Shown here: piece by piece, positions 43,972-54,525 of the stretch
Position numbering within the stretch: the first letter of the stretch is position 1
Layout: each line of letters opens with the position of its first letter
Assembly (NCBI GenBank): GCA_000091205.1
Contig: AP006491.2
DNA from: Cyanidioschyzon merolae
Lineage: Eukaryota
DNA: 64,000 nt
Direction: 5' to 3' (one strand)
Notes under the pieces: model-generated
What the model was told of the DNA's origin: nothing
What the model saw: only the letters and a program-made list of their open reading frames with translations
The model's database searches: none
Position numbers and translations under genes: made by a program

Positions 43972-45068
43972 AGGAATGCGTATCGACGGATGGGTGTACC
44001 GTGCACGAGAGGCGGCGCTGATGGCATTCACACGACCGCGGGTGCGAGCATAGCAGCCGTTCTGACGACGACATGCGAGGGCTGACGCCCAGCATGGCAG
44101 CCTGCTCAAGCACGGGCCGCTAGGAGCCATGGAGCATTCGCCGGCCGGCCTTGTAACTTAGAGGCACCGGACAAGCCGATGCTTAGCGACGACTGCGGTC
44201 GAAAAGCGTGAAACCGCGTGAGTTCTGTGCCATGAGTGCGTGACGCTTTGATGGAGTAGCTTCGAGTAGCGACTCGTCACTATGAGAAAGAGGTGATCAT
44301 CACATCATGGCGCGTTGGTGTTCCCTGGTTGTACGGAATGTGGATACTGTCTGGGGTCCGGCGCAGCGAGTTGCCACTTGAGCGTCTCGATATTGCTCCT
44401 TTGGAGCGCGCACGCAAGCAGCCTACGAGAACGTTCGTTTGACGTATTTGTCTTCCGTATCAGCGCTGCTGCTTCACTGGAAAGCGATCGGTTCGCTTTG
44501 GTGTAACGAAGCGAGTGATGCACGAGCTCTGAACGCCCGACGGAACGAGGCTGTTGTGCGAACGCTGGCGGCGCCTGTGCGTCGCATGTCGGCTAACCAG
44601 GAGAACACCCATCGTGGAGCGCTTCTTCTTCTTCTTTTGCGCATGCGTTTCATTCATGTATGTCAAGGTACGCTGTGTCTGTTCAAGTGCACGGATTGTG
44701 CTTGTCGTGGAGGATGGCGTACCCGGGTCTTCAGCGTCCGCAGCACGACGCACGAGTATTAGATTTTTGTTTTGTTATCAGCTTGCGGGGAAGGTGATGA
44801 ATAGCACGGCACCCTTACAGGAAGCATCATCCTGAGCAAGCACTGGTGCCAAGGAATGCAAGTCTTCAGTTCCACGTAAACGGAAATGTTTTACTGGTTC
44901 CGCGGACGGAGCGCGAGTCACCCGAGAGATCTGACTGTATCTAGCGCGGAGCATAACACTCAAGTGGCGCCTGCCCACTGGTCGTTGCTGAAGCTTCCTC
45001 TCAATTCGTGACTTGTTCTTCGCTGCAACCGCCACCGCCGCGGCATAGCGCACGCAGCGATCCCGCAC

Positions 45069-45214
45069 CATAGGTAATGTAACTTGGAAGTCGGGGATTT
45101 GATGGATACCTCACCGTGCACTGAAAAAAAACACACAAAAAAAGTCAGAAAAGAAAAAGCGCACCATCGGAGAACGCCGGCCTAAGCAAACGTCTCGTCC
45201 GTGGAAGCGAAATC
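45069..45214 (+). repeat. ~145-bp dispersed repeat R, copy 1 (A-rich core)
   Basis: ataggtaatgtaacttggaagtcggggatttgatggatacctcaccgtgcactgaaaaaaaacacacaaaaaaagtcagaaaagaaaaagcgcaccatcggagaacgccgg... aligns at ~80% with 51165-51306 in the same orientation. Flanks are unrelated. Confidence 0.5.
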
Positions 45215-45634
45215 GATCCCGCACCAGCGTCCATCTGCTGCGAGATTGAGATGTCCGTTATAGCCAGATTCGTGTCCTAGCCCAGTGCGTCGTTTCGCGC
45301 CTAAATCGCCACCAGAGGCGCGAAACGACGCACTGCATCCGGATGCCGCACTGCGGCCTGTACGGCTGACGGTGCGTTGCGCACGTTGCGCGCGTTGCAG
45401 CTACAAAACGTTGGCAGTGTCCGTTTGGAAACAGCGTTCCTGGACGTACGTAGCTCGCTAGCTCGCTAGCAAGCAAGGTATATTTTCTCAAGCGGTTGAA
45501 TACACTCCCTGAATCCAGGGAGTCGCACGCTTCAAGCGACAGGTCGCTGCTACAGGTGCGGACACTACTGAGCTGCGCACCGTGGACACGTCTGCGTTGC
45601 GCTAGCGTGGCCTCTACTCGTCAAAGAAACCCCC

Positions 45635-47185
45635 ATGGGTGCCTCGTCGGATATGGTTACGGATAGGAGCACAGTCACTGCTACGGAAGCGGAGGTTGGT
45701 CGTCAGGGTCGGGCGGGGCGGGCGCTCTTCGTTGCTGGGTCACCTCCGGTGTACAGCACGTTTCACCACAACGGTGGTGCGGTGTCCATTGTAAGCGCAC
45801 CGACCGGGAGTCGCGGCCTTTCGACAACGATAGCGGCCTCGTCGAGCGGCGCTTACCCCACAGCGAGTCCGTTTACGCCAACAGCGTCGCCGAGTGCGGG
45901 CACAGAGGGGCTTGGGCGCCCGTCGTCGGCGCCTGCGGGCGCCAGCGTCCTGAATGGAAGTTTTTTCGGGCGCTCTGTGGGCTTTAAGCTGCCTACGAAT
46001 AAACAGAGCGCGATTTCGTCGGCGCGGGGAGGCAGCGGTGCCATCAGCGATAGCAATGCCGTCAACGGTATGCTGGCGCTGGACGTCAAGGAGGGAAGCC
46101 GAGTCTCACCGCCGCGACGCGGCTCGACGACAGACGCCAGAAGTTGCCTGGAGTGTCCGTCAGACTGGACTGTAAGCGAGCTCGCCGCGCGGCTTGTCTC
46201 GGAACCTGATGGATGCAAAGCGACGGAGTGTGCCTGGAGTCCGCAGGTATCGGGTAGCATACCGCCGCGCTCGCCAGCGGCCTATCGGCATACGCAGACA
46301 GGCGCTGTTCCAGAACGAGGCCGAGACCATCCAGCAGGCACGAACCTGCTGGACTCGCATCGGATGTCGAGTCCTGGTATCGACCCGTCGCAGGAGTTGA
46401 TATCCGTCGACAGCGACTGGATACCTGCTTCTGCTTCCTATTCAGCTGTTAGCGTGATGTCATTCTCGCCGAGCGGCAACGAGGTGGCCCGAATGGATCT
46501 GGGCCGCTCGTCCCCGTTCCGAGGGCTCTCGTTCGATGATCTGAGTATTATTGAGCGTTCACCGCGCAAAGAACGTTTAGCGCAAATGCTGCTGTCCACA
46601 CGTGGCAACAACGTGCGACGTTTCTCGCGTTCACCGCTCGGCGCGACGCCCCTGTTTAGCACCAATCCCGGGTCTCTAGCCGATGCCTCGGCGAGCGAAG
46701 ACACGCGTTCGTGTCGCGTCTGTGGTGGACGACGCATACGGCCTTGTTTCGACTGCAACGGACGTGGTCAATTTCAGCGCATTGAAGTCCAAAACCATGT
46801 TGTAGGCGGTGAAACGTGTCGCGCATGCCGCGGCACAGGTATGATCGACTGCCCCGCCTGTGCTCGAGAGTTGTATAGAAAAGCGCGTGCAGCAGCCGAA
46901 ATCAAGCTTGAAACCGCCACCCGTGATCAAGCGGCACCAGTCTCGCTGCCCGCTGCATTGACATCACGACAACATGAACCAGCGGCTGCCACGCCTCATG
47001 CCATGGGAACGGAAACCGCGTCGGCGCACAGCGTGCAGGATTCGCTTGCCGCTGCCGCGACAGAGCATGTGGTATCCAGCGTCTCTGCGAATGCTGAATG
47101 GGAACCCCAAACCTCAAACGTTGCGGTTGGAAAGCTGACAACATGTACAACAGACGGCCATGGTCTGATTCCGCTCTCCTCGTGA
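45635..47185 (+). CDS. hypothetical Ser/Ala/Pro-rich protein with DnaJ-type CxxCxGxG zinc-finger domain
   Basis: Four consecutive CxxC-type repeats: CRVCGGRR, CFDCNGRG, CRACRGTG, CPAC. This resembles the DnaJ-like Zn-finger domain of small plastid assembly factors (BSD2/PSA2/LQY1-like). The rest is low complexity. ATG at 45635. Confidence 0.45.
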   Translation: MGASSDMVTDRSTVTATEAEVGRQGRAGRALFVAGSPPVYSTFHHNGGAVSIVSAPTGSRGLSTTIAASSSGAYPTASPFTPTASPSAGTEGLGRPSSAPAGASVLNGSFFGRSVGFKLPTNKQSAISSARGGSGAISDSNAVNGMLALDVKEGSRVSPPRRGSTTDARSCLECPSDWTVSELAARLVSEPDGCKATECAWSPQVSGSIPPRSPAAYRHTQTGAVPERGRDHPAGTNLLDSHRMSSPGIDPSQELISVDSDWIPASASYSAVSVMSFSPSGNEVARMDLGRSSPFRGLSFDDLSIIERSPRKERLAQMLLSTRGNNVRRFSRSPLGATPLFSTNPGSLADASASEDTRSCRVCGGRRIRPCFDCNGRGQFQRIEVQNHVVGGETCRACRGTGMIDCPACARELYRKARAAAEIKLETATRDQAAPVSLPAALTSRQHEPAAATPHAMGTETASAHSVQDSLAAAATEHVVSSVSANAEWEPQTSNVAVGKLTTCTTDGHGLIPLSS

Positions 47186-47722
47186 CTCGCTGGCCAGGCG
47201 TTGAGACATCTCCGCATGCTCAATGCGTATCATACGGACCGGTGATACAGTGCAAGCACGCTGGCGCTACATACCTTTCACAGGGCAGCAGGCTGAAATG
47301 GACAACGTATCCTACGCAAGACAATCGAGTTTACAGTGGTTCCTCTGGGTGGCTCGTAGTACGAGAAGCCTCCGCTCGCCATGAGCTATGAGCGCGCGTT
47401 CACGCGGCGAGCACGTCCTCCTCCTCCTCCTCCATGCACACAGGTCCGCCGCAGCCCTGTGCTCAATCATCCCCATATCCATGAGCGCTGGCGACGAGGC
47501 ACCTCCTATCTCATTGGAAATCGCTACGAGTCGCTTTGCAGACAGTTTGCATCACGAGCTGCACAGGAGCGATCGCGTGCGTCGGTCGCACGACGCATCT
47601 CATCTACCGACCGTATGGATAATTGTGTGTCGATACAGTCCCACGAATGTATCGTTGTGTTCTAGTCATGTAAAGATTACGCGAAACATCGTGAGCGCAC
47701 TGATCAGTGGCGTTGCCGGTGC

Positions 47723-50509
47723 TTATTCCAACCAGAGCATCGGCTCTAGCGTGACATTCGGCGTCGCCTGTTCCAGCAGCGCCTGTGAGGCAGATCCCGG
47801 GATACCGCTTCGATCGCAGGCGAGCAGCGTCGCCAGGACTTCGACATGATCCGAGGCGCTCGGCTGCGATGGTGTTGTCGAGCGCTGCGTCAGCAGTTGC
47901 AGACGCAATCCCTCGAGGCGGGCAGCCGCGGTTTCCCGCCAGCCTGCGCGCAAGCCCGCCGCTAGAAACTCGGACGTGCGCAAAAACTGCAACAGACGCC
48001 CGACGCAAATCACCGGGATGGAAGGCATCGCTTGTTCCGATGCCGATTGCGCTGACGCGTTTCCGTTGCCAGCGGCTGGAGTGTGGACAGGGAGCTCCAG
48101 CGGTGCCTGGGAAAACGCGGCCGCCAGATGGCGACCGAGCGCGTGCCCGGCGCGATACAGCGCTCGCTGGGCGATGCGGTTCCCGGTTGGCGCCCGCATG
48201 TTCGTGCCAGCCTGCTCGGCAACTAGGTAGCCGAACTCTACCATCCGGCAGCGAGGCAGTGGTCCGCGATACAGGCAATGCAGCAGCGTTTCCAGATCTG
48301 CGCACGCAAAATGTGTCAAGGCGAGCGCGAGCAGTTCATCGGCAGCTGCCTTGCAGGCCGCACGATCCCACGGCTCACTCGAGCACTCAAAGCGCATGCC
48401 GTCGAGGGCACACAGCGCATACCGCAGCGCATCCAGACCGAGTACAAAGGGGGAACCCTCGTCTCCAAGTAGTGGACCATAGCCTCCGATTCGAATATCT
48501 AGGCCACCGGCGATGTCAGCGGAGACACGAAGATCCTTGCGCATGCGCGGATCGGCGACCAAGCGACACAGACAGCCGCGCTCGCTGGAAAGCAGCAGTA
48601 GCGCGATACCTTGGCGCGATGCGACTGGGTCAGCGGGCGCACTGTGGCCGCGGATGGTGCCTCCGCTGCCTGCGAGCATGCTCAGCGGTGACGGCCGCAG
48701 CACGCTGATAAGCGGGAGGTTCACTTCATCCCAGCAGACGACCGTTACAGGGCAATGAAAGCGCCACTCGAGACGCTCGGCTACTGCACGTTGATCCGCG
48801 CTTGATCGTAGACTATCGATGACGAGGCCAATCCCAGCGAGGCGATAGTCCGCAGCGATCGCTCGTCGTCGTCGTGATTTGCGTCCACAACGCTGAGCGA
48901 TTTGGCAGAGCACACTGCCCAGGTTGAACGCGTCGAAGGTGTCGTGCCAGTCGCCATCCAAGCTCGCATCATTAGCGGGCCCGAGATGCGAGCCCTCTCT
49001 ATCGCTTGCCTGCAGACAGCAACGAATCCAGTCCGAAAGACGGCGCTGATAGGCTTGCATCGTACCATCCCGGTGGTGCAGCGGTGCCTGCCCGGAGCCA
49101 GTGCGACTGCAACAGCACGCCCGCGGCTCCATGCCGCCGTCGCCGTCGCCGCTGCTGTTTGTTGTCACCGTGCAGCTGCGACTCGGGGAAACGCGACGGC
49201 ACCGTGTGCGATAAATGTTTGCTAACGCATACGCTTCTAGCAAAAGTATTTCCACTGCCTGGAGCAGGCGTTCCATCGGCGTTGCGTCCTGTTGTCGCTT
49301 TTGTTCTGAACTGAACGACAAAGCTTTTTCAGTGAACTGGGCCAAGAAGCGACATGCTGGCATATGCAGCCTCGGCGTGCTCGCGTGCGCCGGCGCTTCG
49401 GATATCTCAGCCACACCTGGGCGCGTAGGGTATTCCTCATTCGCACTAGACTCGGCGACTGCACCCAGCTGGGGTTCGCCAGCCTCGTCGCCGCCTAAAA
49501 GGTCATCGTGTGCGTCCGCACCAAACGAAGATGACGTAACTGCAGTTAATGGATTCGCGAGTAGCGCCGACGATGCCGTCATGTACGGTACTACGAGCAG
49601 GTCGACGTCGTCGACGTCGAAATTCGCGTCCACCGGCTCCAGGAAATCCGTTCCCTCGCCAGCAACCGATTCAAACCAATGCGGTTCGGTGTCCTGCACA
49701 CGACTTGCAATGGCATCGTTCCCGCGTTTCCGGCGCTGGCCAGTCCCGGTTGTCGCCAGAAATCCATCCGATTGCGTTGGCGCTTGTGTTCGGCGTTGGT
49801 TCGCTGATTCACTAGATGGGCGCTCCTCGAGCGGCCCTGTACTTGGCGAGGACGGAATCGTGCACGTCGACGAAGACGAGGCCTTGGTCGGCCTCCCGCA
49901 GCAATCGAGACCACGAGCGACCCTAGCAGGCTCCGATGCCGGTGGCGGTGTTGCGTAACTGCAGAAGCTGCGCACGCCATCCTGAGGTAGCGTGCTCGAC
50001 AACCCTGTCGCAACGTTGCCAAGCTCTTCGTATGCCTCGTACTGGTCCAGCTCCCGCGGTAGCGATACTTGCTCATAGAACCAGGGATGCGTCACGCTAT
50101 CCGGGTTTTGAAGCTGCACATAAAACGAGTCACCCCGGGATTGCATCGCGCACGACGGGTATCTCGAGCTGCTGTTACGACCTACAGTCCGACCGGAACG
50201 CTGACTCGCGCAGGCGCCAGCGACTGCAGCGCCGATCCCTGGTCCAGTGCTGCAGGAACAACGCGCGTGCTGCTCCCGCAGTGCGAGCGTTCCCTTCGTG
50301 CTTTTCCCCCCGGAACCAGGGTCCACACCAGTTTCGCGGCTATGTGCACAGTTACAACGCAGCGCGTCTGTAACGTCTACGAGCGCCACATGACACTCGC
50401 GGCCGCGTATCGCCAAGCCCAGCACCACGACGCACGTGTCAGTTTTCCCTCCTAATTCGTCATCATCCCTGCCCACTTGATTTCGCAGCCCCGGTGCTTT
50501 CTTCGTCAT
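47723..50509 (-). CDS. protein with C-terminal N-acetylglucosamine-kinase-like domain (BadF/BadG/BcrA/BcrD ATPase family) and long low-complexity N-terminal region
   Basis: C-terminal ~350 aa: GIALLLLSSERGCLCRLV (cf. NAGK VLISGTGSNCRLI); GGYGPLLGDEGSPFVLGLDALRYAL (cf. [21 protein letters not shown]); RIAQRALYRAGHALGRHLAAAF...IPVICVGRLL (cf. IFRKAGEMLGRHIVAV...LPILCVGSVW). The N-terminal 600 aa has no recognisable domain and may be over-extension of the ORF. The track start is GTG; the first ATG is 50509. Confidence 0.45.
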   Translation of the reverse strand: MTKKAPGLRNQVGRDDDELGGKTDTCVVVLGLAIRGRECHVALVDVTDALRCNCAHSRETGVDPGSGGKSTKGTLALREQHARCSCSTGPGIGAAVAGACASQRSGRTVGRNSSSRYPSCAMQSRGDSFYVQLQNPDSVTHPWFYEQVSLPRELDQYEAYEELGNVATGLSSTLPQDGVRSFCSYATPPPASEPARVARGLDCCGRPTKASSSSTCTIPSSPSTGPLEERPSSESANQRRTQAPTQSDGFLATTGTGQRRKRGNDAIASRVQDTEPHWFESVAGEGTDFLEPVDANFDVDDVDLLVVPYMTASSALLANPLTAVTSSSFGADAHDDLLGGDEAGEPQLGAVAESSANEEYPTRPGVAEISEAPAHASTPRLHMPACRFLAQFTEKALSFSSEQKRQQDATPMERLLQAVEILLLEAYALANIYRTRCRRVSPSRSCTVTTNSSGDGDGGMEPRACCCSRTGSGQAPLHHRDGTMQAYQRRLSDWIRCCLQASDREGSHLGPANDASLDGDWHDTFDAFNLGSVLCQIAQRCGRKSRRRRAIAADYRLAGIGLVIDSLRSSADQRAVAERLEWRFHCPVTVVCWDEVNLPLISVLRPSPLSMLAGSGGTIRGHSAPADPVASRQGIALLLLSSERGCLCRLVADPRMRKDLRVSADIAGGLDIRIGGYGPLLGDEGSPFVLGLDALRYALCALDGMRFECSSEPWDRAACKAAADELLALALTHFACADLETLLHCLYRGPLPRCRMVEFGYLVAEQAGTNMRAPTGNRIAQRALYRAGHALGRHLAAAFSQAPLELPVHTPAAGNGNASAQSASEQAMPSIPVICVGRLLQFLRTSEFLAAGLRAGWRETAAARLEGLRLQLLTQRSTTPSQPSASDHVEVLATLLACDRSGIPGSASQALLEQATPNVTLEPMLWLE

Positions 50510-51164
50510 AATAAGCACAAGCAACCTAGAAATAACGAATAACGGCTCTCTTACAGGCACCGTCACGAGTTGTATGGCACCACTTGTCGAGGCGGTACCT
50601 GCGCAGCGCGCCCGCCATACCACTCCCACTCGACGACCGTACCAGCGCACGACGGTGCCATCGGTCAGCCCGTACCGTTCACCGTATCGAAGCTATTCAT
50701 ATCCATTCAAACCGGCGGCTTACCTTCCTATGCATCCCAGCGCTTCATATCTCTGCAAGTGTCAGTTTTAGCGACCGGTTGTCACATGCAGAAATTTTGC
50801 AAAGCACCTTTGGCGTCATGTAGATGCAGCGGCGGCGGCGGCGGCGGTGGTAATGCATGCACGCATCTGCGTGTCCGCTACGTGTGCAGCGCATCGCGAT
50901 GCGTGCGATCGGAGACGCAGGCGCGCGCGCCCCGTGCGGATCGGTGCGAAGGGTCGCGATCTGGCGACGCACAGCATCGCCGCTGCGCTGCGCGTTTGCA
51001 TCGGGTGCTGATCCTCGAGCCGACGCCCTCTGTGGTATAGAAAAGCTGTTCTTGCTCAATGAAGTATCTGCTCCAGCGGCTAAGTTCCCAAGGCGGATGA
51101 TTAGGTTAGGTACTAGGCACACACGACAGGACGTACGAAACGACCAGAATATCCGAGAAGAAGT

Positions 51165-51306
51165 ATAGGTAATGGAACTTGGAGGTAGGGCGTTTGATAG
51201 ATACTCCACCTCGCACTGAAAAAATAACACAAAAAAGTTTGAAAAGAAAAATGCGCATCATCGGAGAACGCTGGCACAAGTAAACGTTTTGTCCATGAAA
51301 AACATC
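51165..51306 (+). repeat. ~145-bp dispersed repeat R, copy 2
   Basis: ataggtaatggaacttggaggtagggcgtttgatagatactccacctcgcactgaaaaaataacacaaaaaagtttgaaaagaaaaatgcgcatcatcggagaacgctgg... See copy 1. Confidence 0.5.
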
Positions 51307-52739
51307 CGGTGCTGATGCGCGTCGCCACGTGCGCCAATGCATGCATGCGGGCGCCGCGGGAGGCTCTCGCCAGGCTCGGGAGCGCGCCCCCATGTGTCAG
51401 GTGTTGGCGCTGATCGGATCGAGTCACCGGCGTATGCGTGGGTGCGTGCGTGTGCGTGTCTGTATGTGGATGAGTATGGAGGTTGCAGATGGTGCCGCTT
51501 GCTGCCGATGAAGCATTCGCTGGAATATCCTTGTGGCGTCGTTGCAGCTGACGTGTTATTTTCGCTACTTATCAGTTAGCGCACGGCAGCGTAGAACGTG
51601 GTCATTTTGGCGTTCGAGAGCCCGCTCGAAGCGGTGTACAGGAAGCGCAGTTGAGCTTGTGAGACGGGAACGTCTATGTTAGTCCAATGTTGCTGACCTG
51701 GTTGTCGTTCTGGATGCGGTTGTGCTGTGCGGGAAGCGCTTCGTGCCATTGCCGGCTCATCCCGAATTCGGCTGGGACCGGTGCGTGGTACGTGGATGTA
51801 TGCTTTGCATGCCATCAAGACTGAAGGATTTCGCACTTGCCATCTCCTGTCGAGGCTTTTTTAGGTCGTCTGCAACCAGCTGAACGTTGACTGTGTGTAG
51901 GCGTCTCAGCGCGGATGGTTTTTTTTGATCCGTTATGCGCAATCTCATGGCCAAGTTGTTCGGGCGCTGGGCAGGCGCCGACACATCAGCGTGTCCAGCA
52001 TGGGGACAGGCGCCTGGAGCAGGTTCGCCATCCGATTGGTCACCCGTTGGACTGCTGCACCCTATGGTTTCTACAGGAAGATGAATCCAGGGCTGAATGA
52101 ACGTAGAGTCCATCGAAGCTGACCAGCGGTCTCTCGCCCGACTTCAGACTCCAATCCTGTATCCGAAGATAATATCTGGATCGATGGAGCGATCTTGCAG
52201 CCTCGGAAAACTCAGCGCAGACCGTGAACACTCGCGGTATACCTGCATTGCCCCGCAGCAGCATGCGCATCCCGCGCTCGGGCAGTGCAAATGAAGTAGA
52301 CTCGGTATTCAGTGGGAACATGGTTGTCGCCAGACATTTGTGCAACGCCGCCCGTATGCATACCTGGACGGTAGGATTGCCCGAGCAGTTTCCGTCGCAG
52401 GAAGCGTGCGAGGCATACGTGCAGCGTGGCTGGACAGGGTCCCGGGCGGGCGGCCTCTGCTGCAGGGTGAGTCTGGAACGACGCTTCTCGTAACGCTCAA
52501 GCGCATCGTGCTGTCGATTCGCGTCAGGGATCAGACGATCGCATGAAGCATATGAACAGTGGGAGTCTTGGAAGCGTTTGTGGGCGCACGACCTCCGAAT
52601 TGAGCCCTGCTGCTGCTATCCTTTGTATTGAACGCTGTACTGTCCGGGATTTCAGGCCTTTTTCGTGCGCCGCGTCATGTGCTGGGTGTAGCCGTGCGCG
52701 ACGCGTACGCGGCGGTCCTGACGCGCTGCAGCACTACGA

Positions 52740-53753
52740 GGTTAGAGGCGCTCGACTTTATTGTGTTTCACTTTCGCTGCGTCGATGCGAATGGTACTGC
52801 GCATTGCGTAGGAGGAGATCGAATTCACGATGCAGTGTACCGTATAGATTGTGGACGCATCGCCTATAGGATATATATACTTGTCTGAGCAATGCACGGA
52901 GGACCGCATTCTTCATTTAGGTCAGTCATACCATACTAGTCAGATTGATGAGGAACACTGAAAGAAACAAGTAGATGCGCTCTGTGTCAGAAATTGGTAT
53001 TCTTAAAGATCGCTTGAAGTCGATAGTAGAAAACGACCTGTTCAGCAAGTCATGAAGAGCAAAAGCGACAATAATAGCCATCATGGGCGTCTCTGTTTCT
53101 CAACTGCTCTTTCGTGTCGTCCTGTAAACACTGGGATACAGTCGCAAAAAGCGAGTCCAGTTACATGTACGACCATCTTCCACCGAAATCGCAACTAGCA
53201 CAGAGTCTCTGGAACTCAGCGATCGGTACGAGGCACCGCATCGTCTGTTTGTTTCTCCAGTGGATGAGACTTGTTTCGGAAGGCACGGTCGGAGTGTATA
53301 ACGATATTCCCGGAGAAGGGAGCCCGTTGTACGTACGATCCAAGTCGAAGAGAACGACCACATCATCATTTGTTCTGGATGGAGTGGATTCATGTGTTGG
53401 CATCCGTTTCACTCGAACAGGAGGCGCATACAACAGCATCAATCGCTTTGCTGAATGATTGAAGACGTTTCCCTGACACCTGGCGAGGTCCTTCTATTCG
53501 ACAACGTGGCACTTCACCATTCCCTTTGCGGTCGAGCTTTTTTCTCTTCTATCTGGTAGAACTGCTTTTCATTCCTCCGTACGCTGCATGATTCAATCCC
53601 ATCGAATAAGTGTTTTTCTATCGTGAAACGTAGTGATCGCTCCAGTGGGCGAATCCCTGAAGAGTGTTTACCACGGTGACAAAATGAGGAACGTTTCGTC
53701 TTTCTTCCGCAAGCCCTTCTCGCTCAGGGAAGGTCCTCACCTAATGCCATAAA
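52740..53753 (+). repeat. ~1-kb repeat S, copy 2, directly abutting the 5' end of mini element F3
   Basis: Aligns with the reverse complement of 35166-36160 over its whole length and continues seamlessly into the F3 5' terminus (..cctcacctaatgccataaacaagtgcgttcg..), exactly as S copy 1 continues into copy B. Confidence 0.55.
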
Positions 53754-54217
53754 CAAGTGCGTTCGTTTTTGAAGGACAAAAACCCAAGGGAAAGGCATGC
53801 ACATGTTAGTCAGGGATCCTGGCGGGTCGATGTCGCGGGCTACCAGGAAAAACGACAAAATTCTCTTCTCGCCTACCATCGAGCGAAGATGCGCAAGTAT
53901 CCGAGAAGAATAGGGGATATAGGCAATGAAACGTACTTGCCCGAAAGTATGACGACGAGACTGCAGTGGCACAGAGGGCACGAATTCGAGGACTCCTTTC
54001 ATCGGTGAGTTCCACCAGCGGCAATAAACGCATGGAGTTCGTGAACCGAGACTTTAACACCGCCATCAATATCAGACGATGTGTGGTGCTGAAAATTAGG
54101 ACCGACCGGCTGACGAGAGCGAATCTCCTGGGCTAGCCCCTCAGATTCGAAGTGCACACGGCGAAGCTGCAGCCGAGAGCAGGCGACCGGTTCGAAAAGG
54201 CTGGTGACGCGTCTGCG
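53754..54217 (+). mobile_element. miniature Fanzor/TnpB-derived non-autonomous element, copy F3 (~464 bp)
   Basis: 5' end caagtgcgttcgtttttgaaggacaaaaacccaagggaaaggcatg...cagggatcctggcggg. Sense frame: LARKYDDETAVAQRARIRGLLSSVSSTSGNKRMEFVNRDFNTAINIRRCVVLKIRTDRLTRANLLG*. Right-end core gctggtgacgcgtctgcgt (54199-54217). The ORF body between the 5' leader and the last ~95 codons is absent. Confidence 0.7.
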
Positions 54218-54525
54218 TATCGGTGGATACATGCGCATTCAATATTTGTACAGCTTTGTGCTTTTTTAGGACGATCTGAACAATTAGATATCCTAAATGG
54301 GCCGCAAAGCATCCATTGCGAGTGATGGAAACAGCATCAGCGACAAAACTACATCTAATGATTTCTAAATAGATCTTATCAAACTAAACGAACAAAACGA
54401 TCCTTGGCCTCATCAGGTTCCTAGATGCATCATGGACGCCCCCCGCCACGCGCAATCTTTCCCGCGTTTTTCCGCTTCGCATTGGAGCTGCAGAGACGGC
54501 ACCGAGTACTTGCACAGAGGAAGCC

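Noticed and set aside
47785-49958. Long plus-strand ORFs (47785..48708, 49215..49958) overlapping the minus-strand NAGK-like gene
   Set aside because: They are Ala/Arg/Gly/Pro-rich, as expected for alternative frames in GC-rich coding DNA. Only the minus strand shows family-specific motifs.
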